Shown one piece after another: positions 21,571 through 34,746 of a DNA stretch of 64,000 nt (the first letter of the stretch is position 1; the number at the start of each line of letters is the position of its first letter). The notes below the pieces were generated by a model that saw only the letters and a list, made by a program, of their open reading frames with translations, made no database searches and had not been told where the DNA came from. Position numbers and translations under genes: made by a program. Source of the stretch: an uncultured delta proteobacterium (GTDB lineage Bacteria > Desulfobacterota > Binatia > UBA9968); NCBI GenBank assembly GCA_963816145.1, contig CAWFJP010000011.1:160001-224000 (forward strand), written 5' to 3'.

Positions 21571-24500
21571 TTACCCTGCGTTCATCGGCAAAGTGAAGAA
21601 AAATCGGCTTCCCTTGCCGACTTCGCTTTCAACCCAAATCTCGCCGCCATGCATCTCGACAAACTTTTTCGCCAGCGCCAAGCCCAGCCCGGTGCCCTCG
21701 GGTTTGCCCTTGGCGCTCGACTCGACCTGCTGGAACTCCTGAAAGATCCGCTCTTGTTCCGCGGCCGGTATGCCCGGCCCGCTGTCGCCGACTTCGACGC
21801 GTACCCTGCCGGTCTCGCGCTGCGCCTTCACCCACACCTGTCCGGCCTCGGGCGTGAATTTAATGGCGTTGCCGACCAGGTTCAACAAGACTTGTTTAAT
21901 CCGCGCGCCGTCCATGGAAATCTGCTCCAGACTCTCGTCATTTTCGACCCGCAGATCAATAGATTTTTGGGCCGCCAGCGCGCGCATCGTGTGTTGCACC
22001 GACTCGAAGACATCCTGCAAATACGCCGGCTCGAATTGCAGCTCCATTTTGCCGGATTCAACCTTGGCGAGGTCGAGGATTTCATTGATCAGGTTGAGCA
22101 GATGCTTGCCGCTGGCCAGGACGTCGGTCATGAACTGCGAGCGCTCGTCGTCGCTCACCGTTAGTGACGGATCGAGCAAGACTTCGGAAAAGCCGATGAT
22201 CGCGTTGAGCGGCGTGCGCAGCTCATGCGACATGTTGGCGAGAAATTCGGACTTGTGCCGATTGGCCGCCTCGATCTGCCGGCCTTTGTCTTCGATCTCG
22301 CGGAACAGCCGCGCGTTGTGGATCGCCAAGGCGGACTGCGTCGCGAAGGTTTTCAGCAGCTCGACCACCTCGGGCTGAAACTCGCCGGTGGTTTTGCGCC
22401 GCACCACCAGGCCGCCGATGATCCGATCTTCACGCAGCAGCGGCACCGCCAAGCTGGCGCGAAAGCCGAAGCGCGCCAGCAAGGTGCGCATGCGCGGCGC
22501 ATAGGCGCGCTCTTGGGATATGTCGGGAATCTGCATCGGCTCCCGGCTCACCGCCGCGCGCCCGACCACGCCATCGCCCAGATGGGGTGGATTGGCGCGC
22601 AGCGCGGTGATCAATTCCTCTTCCATATGGTCGGTGGCGCGCAGCTGGAACTCTTCGGATTGCTCGTCGTACTCGTAAATCGCCCCGCCGTCGGTGCCGC
22701 TCAGTTGCACCGCATGGGAGACGATGCGTGTAAGCACGGTTTCCAAATCCAGAGTCGAGCTGACCGCCTGACCGACTTCGCCCAGCGCTTTCAGCTCGCC
22801 CACCGACCTGATCAGCTCGCGGGTTCGCTCTTGCAGCTCTTGAAACAGCCGAACGTTCTCGATGGCGATGACGGCTTGAGCCGCAAATGTTTCGAGAAGC
22901 TTTATTTGGTTGTCCGAGAACGGGTGAACCTCCGTGCGCCTGATGTTTATATTGCCGATTGCACTTCCTTCACGGAGCAGAGGCGCGCTGAGATAGGTTC
23001 GGGTGCCGAAGCGCAATGATAATTCCAGACTGCCCGGATACTCGCGCTCCGCGGCGCGCAAGTCGTCAACATGCACGGCCCGGCGCTCGATCATCGCCCG
23101 CGTTCCGGGTGTTTGAAGTTCCGCCGGAATAAATTCCGGGGCCGGTAATGGTCCGTAGGAGGCTACCAATTTTGTGCCCTCGCCCTCAATCAAACGAATC
23201 TGCGCATCGCTCCCACCACAAAGTCGCGCCGCTGTTGCGGCGACCACATCCAACACCGGCTGGATGTCCGTCGGCGAGCTGGCGATGACGCCAAGAATTT
23301 CACTCGTCGCCGTCTGCTGCTCCAGCGCCTCGCGCAACTCCGCGTTGCGCTCCTGAAGCTCTTTGAACAAGCGCACATTCTCGATCGCGATGACGGCCTG
23401 AGCCGCAAATGTTTCTACGAGCTTGATCTGCCGATCACTAAAGGGCTCGACTCTTAGACGGCGGATATGAATCAGCCCAATGGTTTCGTTGTCCCGCATC
23501 AACGGCACCGCGAGCGCCGTTCGGACCCCTAACGTGACCCCCTTCTCTTTCGCGCCGGGGAACTCTTCCTCGGCGGCCATAAGGTCGTGGACATGAAGCG
23601 TGCGGCCTTCTTGTATCGCTCGTCCCGCGAACCCGCCACGTTCGATGGGCTCGACGTTGCCGATCTGCGTCGCGAGCGGGATCGAACCAAAGTGAGCAAC
23701 GGTTCGCAGCCTGTTGCCGTCGACGCGCCTGATCACAGCATCATCCGCGCCGCACAGCCGAGCCGCATTTTGCGCAATGATATCCAGCACCGGCTGAATA
23801 TCGGTCGGCGAGCTGGCGATGACGCCGAGAATCTCGCTGGTCGCCGTCTGCTGCTCCAGCGATTCCTTGAGCTCTTGAAACAGCCGCACGTTCTCGATCG
23901 CAATCACGGCCTGATCAGCGAAGGTTGTGACCAGCTCGATCTGCCGCTCAGTAAATGGCGTGACGGCATCGCACCAAATCGAGATTGTCCCAATTGGACT
24001 TCCCTCTCGAAGCATGGGAACAGCTAGCAGGGTGCGCGCTCGGAACGACGGGAGTCGGTAGGTGGAATCTAGTTCGATGTCCGGGATATGGATTGGTTTG
24101 CGCTCCAGAAACGCACGACCCGGGCCGGTATCGCGCCCCGGCCGCACCGACGTCTCTTGGAGGGCTGTCACCCCTTCGACGCCTACGTTGTAATAGGCAA
24201 CAACCTGGAGAAACTCACCATCGTACTGGCGGATGTGACCCATCGTGGCGCCTGCAAGTCTCACCGCATTGGCGATTACGGTGTCAAGCACGGGTTGCAG
24301 CTCAGTGGGTGACGACGCGATGACTCGGAGTACTTCGCTGGTCGCGGTCTGTTGCTCTAAAGCTTCGGTAAGATCACGGTTGCGTTCCTGCAATTCTTTG
24401 AACAGCCGCACGTTCTCGATGGCGATTACTGCCTGGTCAGCGAATGTCTTAACTAGGTCGACCTGTCTCTCAGTGAATGGCTCGACAAAGTCACGCCAAA

Positions 24501-27500
24501 TCGAGATCGTTCCAATTGCCGTTCCTTCTCTTAGAAGCGGCACGGCCAGCAGTGTGCGCATACCCAGTTCACGATTTTGTGTTTGTAGCTGATAGAACGA
24601 CAGCTTGTCTTGGGTCTCCGCCTGTACGTCAAGTATATGGTTGGCTTGCCGTTCGAGAAAAGCGCGACCGGTCATGCTCTCTAAGCCTGGTCGGGTAGGC
24701 GTGGCTTGAAGCGTTGCTACTTGCTCGGCGGTCTCATTGTAGTGGGCGACGACTCGGAGGAACTCACCATCGTATTGACGGATGTGTCCCTGCTTGGCGC
24801 CCGCGAGCGTCACGGCATTTGCGATCACCGTATCGATCACCGGCTGAAGCTCCGTCGGCGAGCTTGCGATGACACGGAGCACTTCGCTCGTCGCTGTCTG
24901 CTGCTCGAGCGCCTCGGTAAGATCGCGGTTACGTTCCTGCAATTCCTTGAATAGCCGCACGTTCTCAATGGCGATCACGGCCTGATCGGCGAATGTCTCT
25001 AGGAGCTTGATCTGCTTCTCGGTGAACGGGCGGACCTCCAGGCGGCGGATATGAATCGTACCGATGGGAATTCCCTCGCGAAGCATCGGCGTGGCGAGCA
25101 CCGTCCGGACGCCGACACTTCTGGCGAAGCGCGCTGCGAGTTCATCCTCTGGCACTGCTGCGAGGTCATCAATATGAAGGGTTTGTCGGTCAATTATAGC
25201 TCGCGCGGGTATATGCTCACGGTCCAATGGAATTGATTCCCGACCCCCGCGTCCCGGCAAAGGTCCGTAATTAGCAACTGGTCGGAGATTGTCGCCATCA
25301 ATGCGATGAATCACCGCGTCGGTTGCATCACATAGTCGCGCTGCGTTCTCTGCGACTATATCCAGCACCGGCTGAATGTCGGTTGGAGAGCTGGCGATGA
25401 CACCCAAGATCTCACTCGTCGCGGTCTGCTGCTCCAACGATTCCTTGAGTTCTTGGAACAAGCGCACGTTCTCAATAGCGATTACGGCCTGATCCGCGAA
25501 GGTTTCGAGGAGCTTGATCTGTGCCGGGGTGAAGGGGCGCATTTCCATGCGTCGTCCAACCAGTGCGCCAATTAGTTCTCCCTGTTGGCGAAGGGGTGCG
25601 ATTAATTGAGTGTGGAAGGTGCCGCCTCTACCTAACGTCGGAAAATCGGTTTGCGAGCGTACGTCTGGAATGTGGAGCGTTCCGTGCTCACGCACCCACC
25701 GCCACCGTCGCTCATTAATACTGATCTTGACTGCGCTAATCGGTACCGGACCGAAATGAGCGTGGGGAATTGTAATATCACCCTCAATTAAGCGCAGCAC
25801 TACATCGTCGATCCCGCAAACCCGCGCAGCGCTCTCGACGATGGCGTCGAGCACCGGCTGCACGTCCGTCGGCGAGCGGCTGATGATGCCGAGCACCTCG
25901 GACGTTGCCGTCTGATGCTCCAGCGCCTCGCGCAATTCCGCGTTGCGCTCTCTGAGCTCTTTGAACAATCTCACGTTCTCGATGGCGATGACCGCCTGAT
26001 CAGCGAATGTCTTGAGAAGAGTGATCTGCTTGTCGGTAAAAGGTTGAACCTCGATTCGGCGAATAAGAATCACCCCGATCGCAACTCCCTCGCGAAGTAA
26101 TGGCGCTGCGAGCATCGTCCGACCACCCATACGCTCGACAGCGCTGAACCGCCTCTGGAAACTCCGTTGCAGCAACGGCCATAAATCTTCAATGTGAATT
26201 AGCTCGCGATCGATGACAGCTCGGCCGCCAGACCGAGGCGCGTCGTCCAGAGGTTTCTCGAGACCGAAACCCGGCTCGACAGGGCCATAGTGCGCCGCGA
26301 GTCGCAGCTTATCGGCCTCGACCAGTCGAATCACCGCGTCATATGACCCACACACCCGGGTAGCATTCTCGAGCAATCGTGTCGAGCACCGGCTGAATGT
26401 CCGTCGGCGAGCTGGCGATCACACCCAGGATTTCACTCGTTGCAGTCTGCTGCTCCAACGACTCCTTGAGCTCTTGAACAACCGGACGTTCTCGATCGCG
26501 ATCACGGCCTGATCGGCGAAGGTTTCAAGCAGCTTGATCTGCGCCGGGGTGAAGGGACGAACTTCGGTGCGACGTGCGCTCAAGGTTCCAATGAGTTCTC
26601 CCTGAAGCCGGAGGGGAACGGCCAAGTAGGTGCGCCAGAGGTCACCGGCCAAACTCAACGTCGGGAAATCGTTCTGTGCGCGGATATCGGAAATGTGCAG
26701 CGTGCCGTGCTCGCGCATCCAGCGATATTGTGGCTTCATCGACGTTAATACTGATCGCGCGACCGCTCAGCGGGTATCGCGCCAAAATGAGCGCGTTGAA
26801 CTCAGAGCGTCTCCCTCGCGGAGCCGCAGCACGACATCGTCGATCCCACAAACTCGCGCCGCGCTCTCGACGATGGCATCGAGTACCGGCTGCACGTCCG
26901 TCGGCGAGCGGCTGATGATGCCGAGCACCTCGGAGGTCGCCGTCTGATGCTCCAGCGCCTCGCGCAGCTCTGCGTTGCGCTCGCCGAGTTCTTTGAACAA
27001 GCGGACGTTTTCGATGGCGATTACGGCTTGGTCGGCGAAAGTCTTTAAGAGCGCGACCTGCTTATCGGCAAAAGGACGGACTTCTAATCGGCGAATCAAG
27101 ATAGCCCCGATCGGAATACCATCACGAAGCAGGGGCGTGGCAAGAACCGTCCTACTGCCCGTTACTTGCTGAATACCCCGAGCATCTGGAAACTCGGTGT
27201 CGATATCTGCTGCGAGGTCACGAACATGAATCGTCTGTCTATCAGTTATGGCTCGGCCTATAGGCGAGCCACGATTAATGGCTCGCCCACCCTCTGGCAA
27301 TCCCGCAAGGGGCACAGGACCGAAATGGGCTCCCATCTGCACGCGATCATCTTCGACCCGCTGGATAAGGGCATCGTAGGAGTCGCACAGCCGTGTGGCA
27401 CTCTCGGCGATGGCGTCTAGCACCGGCTGAATGTCCGTCGGCGAGCTGGCTATCACGCCAAGGATCTGGCTCGTGGCGGTTTGCTGCTCCAACGCTTCGG

Positions 27501-30500
27501 TGAGTTCTTGGAACAGACGTACGTTCTCGATGGCGATCACGGCTTGGTCGGCAAAGGTTTCCAGCAGTTTGATCTGCGCGGGCGTGAAGGGCCGCACCTC
27601 GGTGCGACGCGCGGTTAGCGTTCCAATGAGTTGCTTCTGCTGACGAAGGGGAGCTGACAAAAAGGTGCAGAACGCCGCATCTACGCCCAACATTGGAAAT
27701 TCATTCTGAGCAGCGCGGACATCGGGAATATGGAGCGTGCCATGTTCGCGCACCCAGCGGAAATTTGGCTCATCAATATCAAGGTCAATATGCACGACAG
27801 GAATCGGGCCAAAATGAGCCCGCGAGACCATTGCGTTCCCGGTTCGAAGTCGCAGGTGTACATCATCAATTCTGCAAACCCGCGCGGCGCTCTCGACAAT
27901 GGCATCCAGCACCGGCTGCACGTCCGTCGGCGACCGGCTGATGATGCCGAGCACTTCGGAGGTTGCCGTCTGATGCTCCAGCGCTTCGCGCAATTCTGAA
28001 TTGCGCTCCTGGATCTCCTTGAACAACCGTACGTTCTCGATGGCGATGACCGCCTGATCCGCGAACGTCTCTAGCAATTTTATTTGTCTGTCGCTGAAAG
28101 GCCGGACTTCCTTGCGGCGGATATAGATGGCGCCGATGGAGACACCCTCGCGAAGCAACGGGGCTACCAGCGCAGTCCGCACTCCCATCGCGATCCCGCG
28201 GTTTTGCGCATCTGGAAAATCAGATTCCGACGCCGCAAGGTCGTGTACATGAATTGTTTCCCGGTCAAGGATAGCTCGCCCCGCCGGCGTGCCACGACTA
28301 GTCGGATTAGAAGTAACTTCCAAAACCGGCATTGACCCGTAACTCGCCACTCTTTCCTGACTGTTCCCGTTGACGCGTAGTATCAGAGCATCGCTTGCAT
28401 CGCAGAGCCTCGCGGCATGTTCCGCGACGGCATCCAACACGGGTTGGATATCCGTCGGCGAGCTGGCGATCACGCCCAAAATCTCGCTCGTCGCCGTTTG
28501 CTGCTCCAACGACTCCTTCAGTTCGTTGGAACAGCCGCACGTTTTCGATAGCGATCACGGCCTGATCGGCGAAGGTTTCGAGGAGCTTGATCTGTGCCGG
28601 GGTAAAAGGACGCACCTCTTTGCGGCGTGCACTCAGTGTTCCAATAAATTCGCCTTTCTGGCGAAGGGGAACGAATAAACAACTGCGCGAGCCGCTGGAA
28701 TCTGTGATCTGGAACATCGTTCTGCTTGCGGACGTCGGGGACGTGAAGCGTCCCGTGCTCTCGTACCCAGCGGGGTGCTGGCTCATCAACACTTACCTCG
28801 ACGCGCCCGGGCGGAACGGGACCAAATTGAGCCCGCGAAACCAGATTGTTCCCCTCGCGGAGTCGTAGCACCAGGTCATCTATTCCACAAACCCGTGCGG
28901 CGCTCTCGACGATCGCGTCCAGCACCGGCTGCACGTCCGTCGGCGATCGGCTGATGATACCGAGCACCTCGGCGGTTGCCGTCTGATGTTCCAGCGCCTC
29001 GCGCAATTCTGCATTGCGCTCGCCGAGTTCCTGGAACAACCTCACGTTCTCAATGGCGATTACGGCCTGTGAAGCAAATGTTTCAAGCAACTTGATCTGT
29101 TTCTCGGTAAAAGGCCGAACTTCTGTCCGGCGAATCATGATCGTGCCAATCGATTCGTCCTCGCGCATCAGCGGTACGACCAATACGGTTCGATTGCCTT
29201 CTTGCTCGGTAGTGGCTTGTGTTAGGGGAAACTCTGTCGCAACGACCGAGAGCAAATCCATGATGTGAATACGTTGGCGCTCTATAAAAACCCGACCAAC
29301 CACCGATTGCCGGTCGATCGGCAGTTCTGATGCTGCAAGCAGCGGAATTGGGCCGCGGTGCGCTGCCAATCGGAGTACGTTTCCTTCGATAAGTCGGATT
29401 GAAGCGTCATTCGCACTGCACACCTTTGCGGCGCTTTCTGCGATCGTATTCAGCACTGGCTGTATATCCGTCGGCGAGCTTGCAATCACGCCTAGGATTT
29501 CACTCGTCGCGGTTTGCTGTTCCAACGATTCCTTGAGTTCGTTGAACAACCGCACGTTCTCGATGGCGATGACCGCTTGGTCGGCAAAGGTTTCGAGTAG
29601 CTTGATCTGCGCCGGGGTGAAGGGGCGCACCTCGGTGCGACGTGCGCCCAGTACCCCAATAAGTTCCCCCTGCTGACGAAGGGGAGCGGCTAAGAGGGTG
29701 CGCCAGCGGCCACCGGTGGAATCCACCATTTGAATATCGTTCTGCTCGCGGACATCGGGAATGTGGAGCGTGCCATGCTCGTTAATCCAGCGCTGCCGTG
29801 GCTCATCCATACTGATCTCGACGCGGACGGTGGGTATGGGACCAAAATGAGACCGTGGAACCAAATTGTTCTCCTCGCGCAGCCGCAGCACCACGTCATC
29901 GATCCCACAAACCCGCGCGGCGCTTTCAACGATAGCGTCGAGGACCGGCTGCACGTCTGTCGGCGAGCGACTGATGATGCCGAGCACCTCAGAAGTTGCC
30001 GTCTGATGCTCCAGCGCTTCGCGCAATTCTGCGTTGCGCTCTCCGAGTTCCTTGAACAAGCGAACATTTTCAATGGCGATCACGGCTTGGGCGGCAAAGG
30101 TCTCAAGCAGCTTGATCTGTCTCTCAGAAAAAGGACGAACTTCGAGGCGCCTGATGTTGATCACACCGATCGGCGCTCCTTCTCTGAGCATCGGCGCGCA
30201 AAGAAAAGTCCGGATTCCCCGCTCGATGCTTTCGCTCTCAGGAAACTCCGACGTGACGTTCTGACAGTCATGGATATGCAAAGTCTCTCGCGTAAGAATG
30301 GCCCGTCCAGATGGGTTACCGGGTTTCATCGGTCGAAACTCTGGCGCTGAAAGTGTGCCAAATGCCGCTGCCAATCGAGTGCGGTCGCCTTCAATAAGAC
30401 GAATCGACGCATCCGCAGCGTCACACAACCGCGCCGCGTTTTTCGCAACCGTATCCAACACCGGCTGAATATCCGTTGGCGAACTGGCGATAACCGCTAA

Positions 30501-31138
30501 AATTTCGCTCGTCGCCGTTTGCTGCTCCAGCGATTCCTTGAGTTCTTGGAATAGCCGGACGTTCTCGAGTGCGATGACCGCCTGGTCCGCGAAGGTTTCT
30601 AGCAGTTTGATCTGAGTTGGGGTGAAGGGACGTACCTCGGTGCGACGTACGTTCAGGTTTCCAATGATTTCCCCATGCTGACGAAGGGGAACGACCAAGT
30701 ATAGTGCGCCAGTTACCGGTGGCGCCCACCATTGGGAAATCGTTTTGTGCACGAACATCAGGGATGTAAAGCGTGCCGTGCTCGCGCACCCAGACGAAAC
30801 TGTGGCTCATCGATGCCGATCTCGTCGCGGACGACCGGCACAGAGCCAAAATGCGCCCGCGAGACATAATTGCTCTCCTCGCGCAGCCGCAGCAGGACGT
30901 CATCAATCCCACAAACCCGAGCCGCGCTCTCAACGATGGCGTCGAGCACCGGCTGCACGTCCGTCGGCGAACGGCTGATGATGCCGAGCACCTCGGACGT
31001 CGCCGTCTGATGCTCCAGCGCCTCTGCCAGCTCACGCTCGCCCGACTCCAACTGCTCGGTGACGCGGCGTAACTTTTCTTTGACGCGGCTCAGCGCAGTC
31101 GCGCGCGGCTTTGTTTTGGCAACCCCAACGCGGGCCAT
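21571..31138 (-). CDS. Giant multi-GAF sensor histidine kinase (17 GAF modules + HisKA + HATPase), split by several frameshifts
   Basis: ORF pieces 30758..31138, 28518..30758, 28307..28792, 26767..28509, 26419..26739 and 21571..26376 form one colinear array of QTATSE...[15 protein letters not shown] modules. It ends in [29 protein letters not shown] and GTGLGL. Confidence 0.88.
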
Positions 31139-31520
31139 TTGGGACCTCCGTCCTAGCTCGAACGACTTCCAAAGCTAACTGCGAGACCGAGGCTGATAAA
31201 AGCTAAAAGCTGGTGACTCTGTTTCGCGAGCCTAGTCGAGCACGAAGCTGAGTGTCAACCGGCCTTAAGATCTTCCTCGTGGTTGTATTTACTGATCGAA
31301 ATGGAGAGCAATGAGCGCGCCAGCGGAGCGGTTCACTGACTTCTGAATGAACGTGCTGAATTATCGAGGGAATCTCTGCTTGGCGAGCCGCGCGAAGACC
31401 TGTTCAATCCAAAGAAGGTAACTTTTATATTACCGCTGGCCACCCGAAGGGTAAGGGAAAAGTTACCCCCGCGCGGCGTTGATGTGAGAAATGTATTGTG
31501 CGTGCGTCGTTGGGATCCGC

Positions 31521-33812
31521 TCAGAACAGCAAACGGCCGGACAGTAATAATGCCGCCGTGCAAAGCCAATGGAGCAGGACGGACGCAAGGATACTCTCCG
31601 AACGCTCCCGCGCGATCCCGGAAGCGATGCCGAAAATAACCGCGCCGCCGACAATGAGTAACGATTGGCTGATTTGGATCTCGCCCCGTGAGCCAGTCAG
31701 GAACAGTACGATTGACGCCGCGGCATACAGCGCCGTCGATATCAAAGTCGGCCATGAGCGCCACCATGGCCCGCCGCTTTTTTGTATCGGCAGGCGCGCG
31801 GCAAGATGTCCGAGAATCACGCCGCGGAAGAGCAGCTCGGCGGCCAGGGGAGGAAGCAGAGCAGCGGCGCCGGTGAATTGAGACAGGTTGTCGGGTCCCA
31901 TGCGGTAGGCAATCGATCCCGGAGCCCAAATCCCGCCGGCAGCAGCGCCGACAAGTGCGGCGGGGAGCGTACTCAGCCAGCCAAAGCCCGCTGGCACTCG
32001 CCAACCGTTTAGCCCCGGAACCTGCCGGGCTTTCGACCAGAAGAGAATACCCACCGTCATCGTGAGGACTACGGCCGATAGCAGCAGCATGGTTTCGCCC
32101 GTAATAAGCCCACGATCGCGGAGCAGGTTGCCGACAAAGATCAGCGCCAGCGCCGGCAACAACGCAGCTGCGGCGAGGAACAGTGGCCGGGGGATTGCGG
32201 AAACCACATCAATTAGGGTCGGTTGCCAAAAAGCTTCCCGCACCGCTTCGGTGATCTCTGTCGGCGTCAGATTCGTGCCAGTCTTGCGCGGCGAAGCGCC
32301 GTCCTCACTCGAGCCGCTCCAACGGTTTTCGGAGCCGCCAGTCGCAGCCGGGTCGAGAAGATTCAATCGCTCGTACGCGCGCTCTAGCGCCGCGGCAAGA
32401 TTCCGATCTACCCGACGCACGCGATAGGCCGAAGCACCATCTTGAAATATCAATATCCCCAACCGCTGGCCATAAATTCTTTGCAACTGTCGTTGGACTT
32501 CATCGATATCGGCGTCCGAATGGCAGGCGACCGCAACAGAACCACCGGCGATTTGCGCGCGCGCCAGCTCTTCAATTTCATACAGCCCAGCAAAATTTTC
32601 CGGCGTATATATGAGTTCATCGACGGCACGCAGCCGGCCGGCGACATATTCCAGCAGATCGGCTTCCGACCAATGTCCGTAGTCCCTAAGGACGACTTCC
32701 TGCCGCTGAAACTGTTTCAACATTGCCGCAGTGGATTGGAGCAGCTCCGGCGGCAGCGCGGTTAGGTCTTGGACATCGCTGCCGTGGGTATCGATAATAC
32801 CTTGCGAGACGCAAAAGCGGCATGATCTTGGCGCGAGCTTTAGAGTCAGCGTTGATACGCAAGTGATTGAGAAGCACCCACAGGGCCAGAATCGTGTCTA
32901 GATCGGCATCGTTTGCCAATACGGTCCAATCGCGCTTGCTGAGGTCGAGACCTTTGCGAACCAATACCATCGCCTGTTCGCAGGTGGCGATGGATCGAAT
33001 GCACCCTTATGATGATCGAGATTGTAGATTTCCTTCTGAACGTCGATGAACGGATCGCCTTGCGCTGCGCCGTCGAGAAAAATGGTTCCTGCTGGGTACC
33101 TGCGCGCCTGCTTGGCAGAGATCGCGAGCCGGCGCTCGACGCGGATCATGATGGTGGGCGCTTCCATGCAGGTGAGGACCCGGGCCTTGCCTTCTTGTCT
33201 GATGCAATAGCGATTCGGAACCGTTGAATTCTCAGTCCGAGCCAAGTTCTTGCCGTAAAATGATTCGGTTTTGCCGTTTCCCCGCGTCGCCTCGTCTTGA
33301 TTTTTTACATCCGGCGTTGCCGTCTTGGCTGATGGCTCATGCTGAGGATAATTTATTCCTAGCTCCCAGCCGTCGTTACTCGTGGCCGAACGCGGCTTGC
33401 TTCGCCTGAGGTCATCGGCAATTTCGCTCGTCGAGCTACTGGCCAGCTGTTCGCGCTGTAAAAGCAATCTTCGAGCATCCTCGATAGACTGGCATGGGAG
33501 CAGCGCGGCGCGGATATCATGAACGGAGTCATCGGAGTGTTCTGTTGCCGGCGAAAACATCGCGTTGAGCTTGTGGATATAGTCGCTGTAACCTCCGGCC
33601 CTGATCGGATTGTATTCCCAAACAGATTCCCATGGCACTAGACCACCTAACGCCAGGCGTACGAATTCAACCGAGGGCGCCGGCATCCCGGCGACTAAGA
33701 CAAGCGCTTGCTCACCACTGGCAAATTTCAGCTGACAGAAGCGTCGGCGTTCGATGAAATGACGAACGACCCGGATGGCGGGACCAATTCCGGTTTCTTT
33801 TCCGATGGGCAT
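31521..33812 (-). CDS. Multidomain protein: DHH-like segment fused to C-terminal CPBP (Abi/CAAX) intramembrane protease; frameshifted
   Basis: Pieces 32898..33812 (IFLDG...YNLDHH), 32686..32970 (ANDADLDTILALWVL) and 31521..32723 (AAELLFRG...SILASVLLHW). Confidence 0.6.
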
Positions 33813-33930
33813 CTTCGCGCCTCCTCCGGTTTGATTAAGCGCACCAAGTCAGTGAACCAACTTCTGTCAGAACCTCGAGGAAAGAAAACCGCTTTGCTGG
33901 AATTGTTTTAACTGTCACCGAATAATCGCC

Positions 33931-33946
33931 AGCAATGCTCATGCCT
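33931..33946 (-). promoter_or_regulatory. Putative sigma54 -24/-12 promoter
   Basis: Minus strand AGGCATGAGCATTGCT (GG-N10-GC), ~120 nt upstream of the start at 33812. Confidence 0.5.
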
Positions 33947-34319
33947 CAGATCGCCAGCTTTGACAGGGCTGGGTAAAATGCGCGCAGGAGCATCCATTCG
34001 GGGCCACGGCTGACTCCAGTCCATCGATACGACGAACGGATTAGTGAAAAATCGCGCGAAAATGTGCTCCCGTCGATCTCGGCTTTTGGGCCGTGTCTCA
34101 GCGCCGGTCAGAACTGAAGAAGGAGCGAAGATTGCGGAAGTCGCAAATTTACCTTGGCCTCATCACAAATGAACTGCTCGACGTTAAAGTGAGCCAGCCA
34201 ATCAAGATTTTCACTAGATACGCGCCGGTGATGGATGATCTTACCCTTGCCTCGATTGTGCTCGGGAGCGAAGCAGCGGGTCTTGATCCAATACCGGTCC
34301 GACGACCTGGGACGTGAAG

Positions 34320-34670
34320 AACAGAGCCTTAAGATTAGATTGAGCACGGTGTCTCAATCCTGTTCGGGGATTTCTACTGAAGGCTTGCGACGGTTGACGC
34401 CCGCCACGTTGACGAGAATATCGATCTGCCCCATGCGGTTGAGGACGTCGCGCACGAGCCCGGGAACCTCTGCGACACGCGAGATATCCGCGGCAAATAC
34501 TTCGGCACGTGCGCCCTGGCCTGATGAAGATCCGTTTGCGTGCGACTGCAAAGTGCCACGCTCGCGCCGGCTTCTGCGAGGCCGCGACCGATTGCCCGCC
34601 CTATGCCGCGGGAAGCGCCGACAACGAGCGCCATCCGCCCGGAAAGATCGAACAGAAGATGGCCGTCATG
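34320..34670 (-). pseudogene. Short-chain dehydrogenase/reductase remnant (N-terminal half)
   Basis: LFDLSGRMALVVGASRGIGRAIG and IDILVNVAGVNRRKP lie in different frames; internal stop and truncation. Confidence 0.8.
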
Positions 34671-34746
34671 ATTGCCTACCAACCCTCTTTGCACTGTGGT
34701 TCTTAATGCTCATCTACGGCCCGCTGACACGGTGGGAAGCGCCACA

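Noticed and set aside
21316-30350. Long plus-strand ORFs opposite the histidine kinase, and similar antisense ORFs elsewhere (e.g. 34945..35829)
   Set aside because: They are shadow frames of GC-rich coding sequence with no independent motifs.
31417-31468. Hairpin GGTAACTTTT...AAAAGTTACC as a riboswitch
   Set aside because: It matches no aptamer I recognise and is more simply a terminator-like or repeat hairpin downstream of the CPBP gene.
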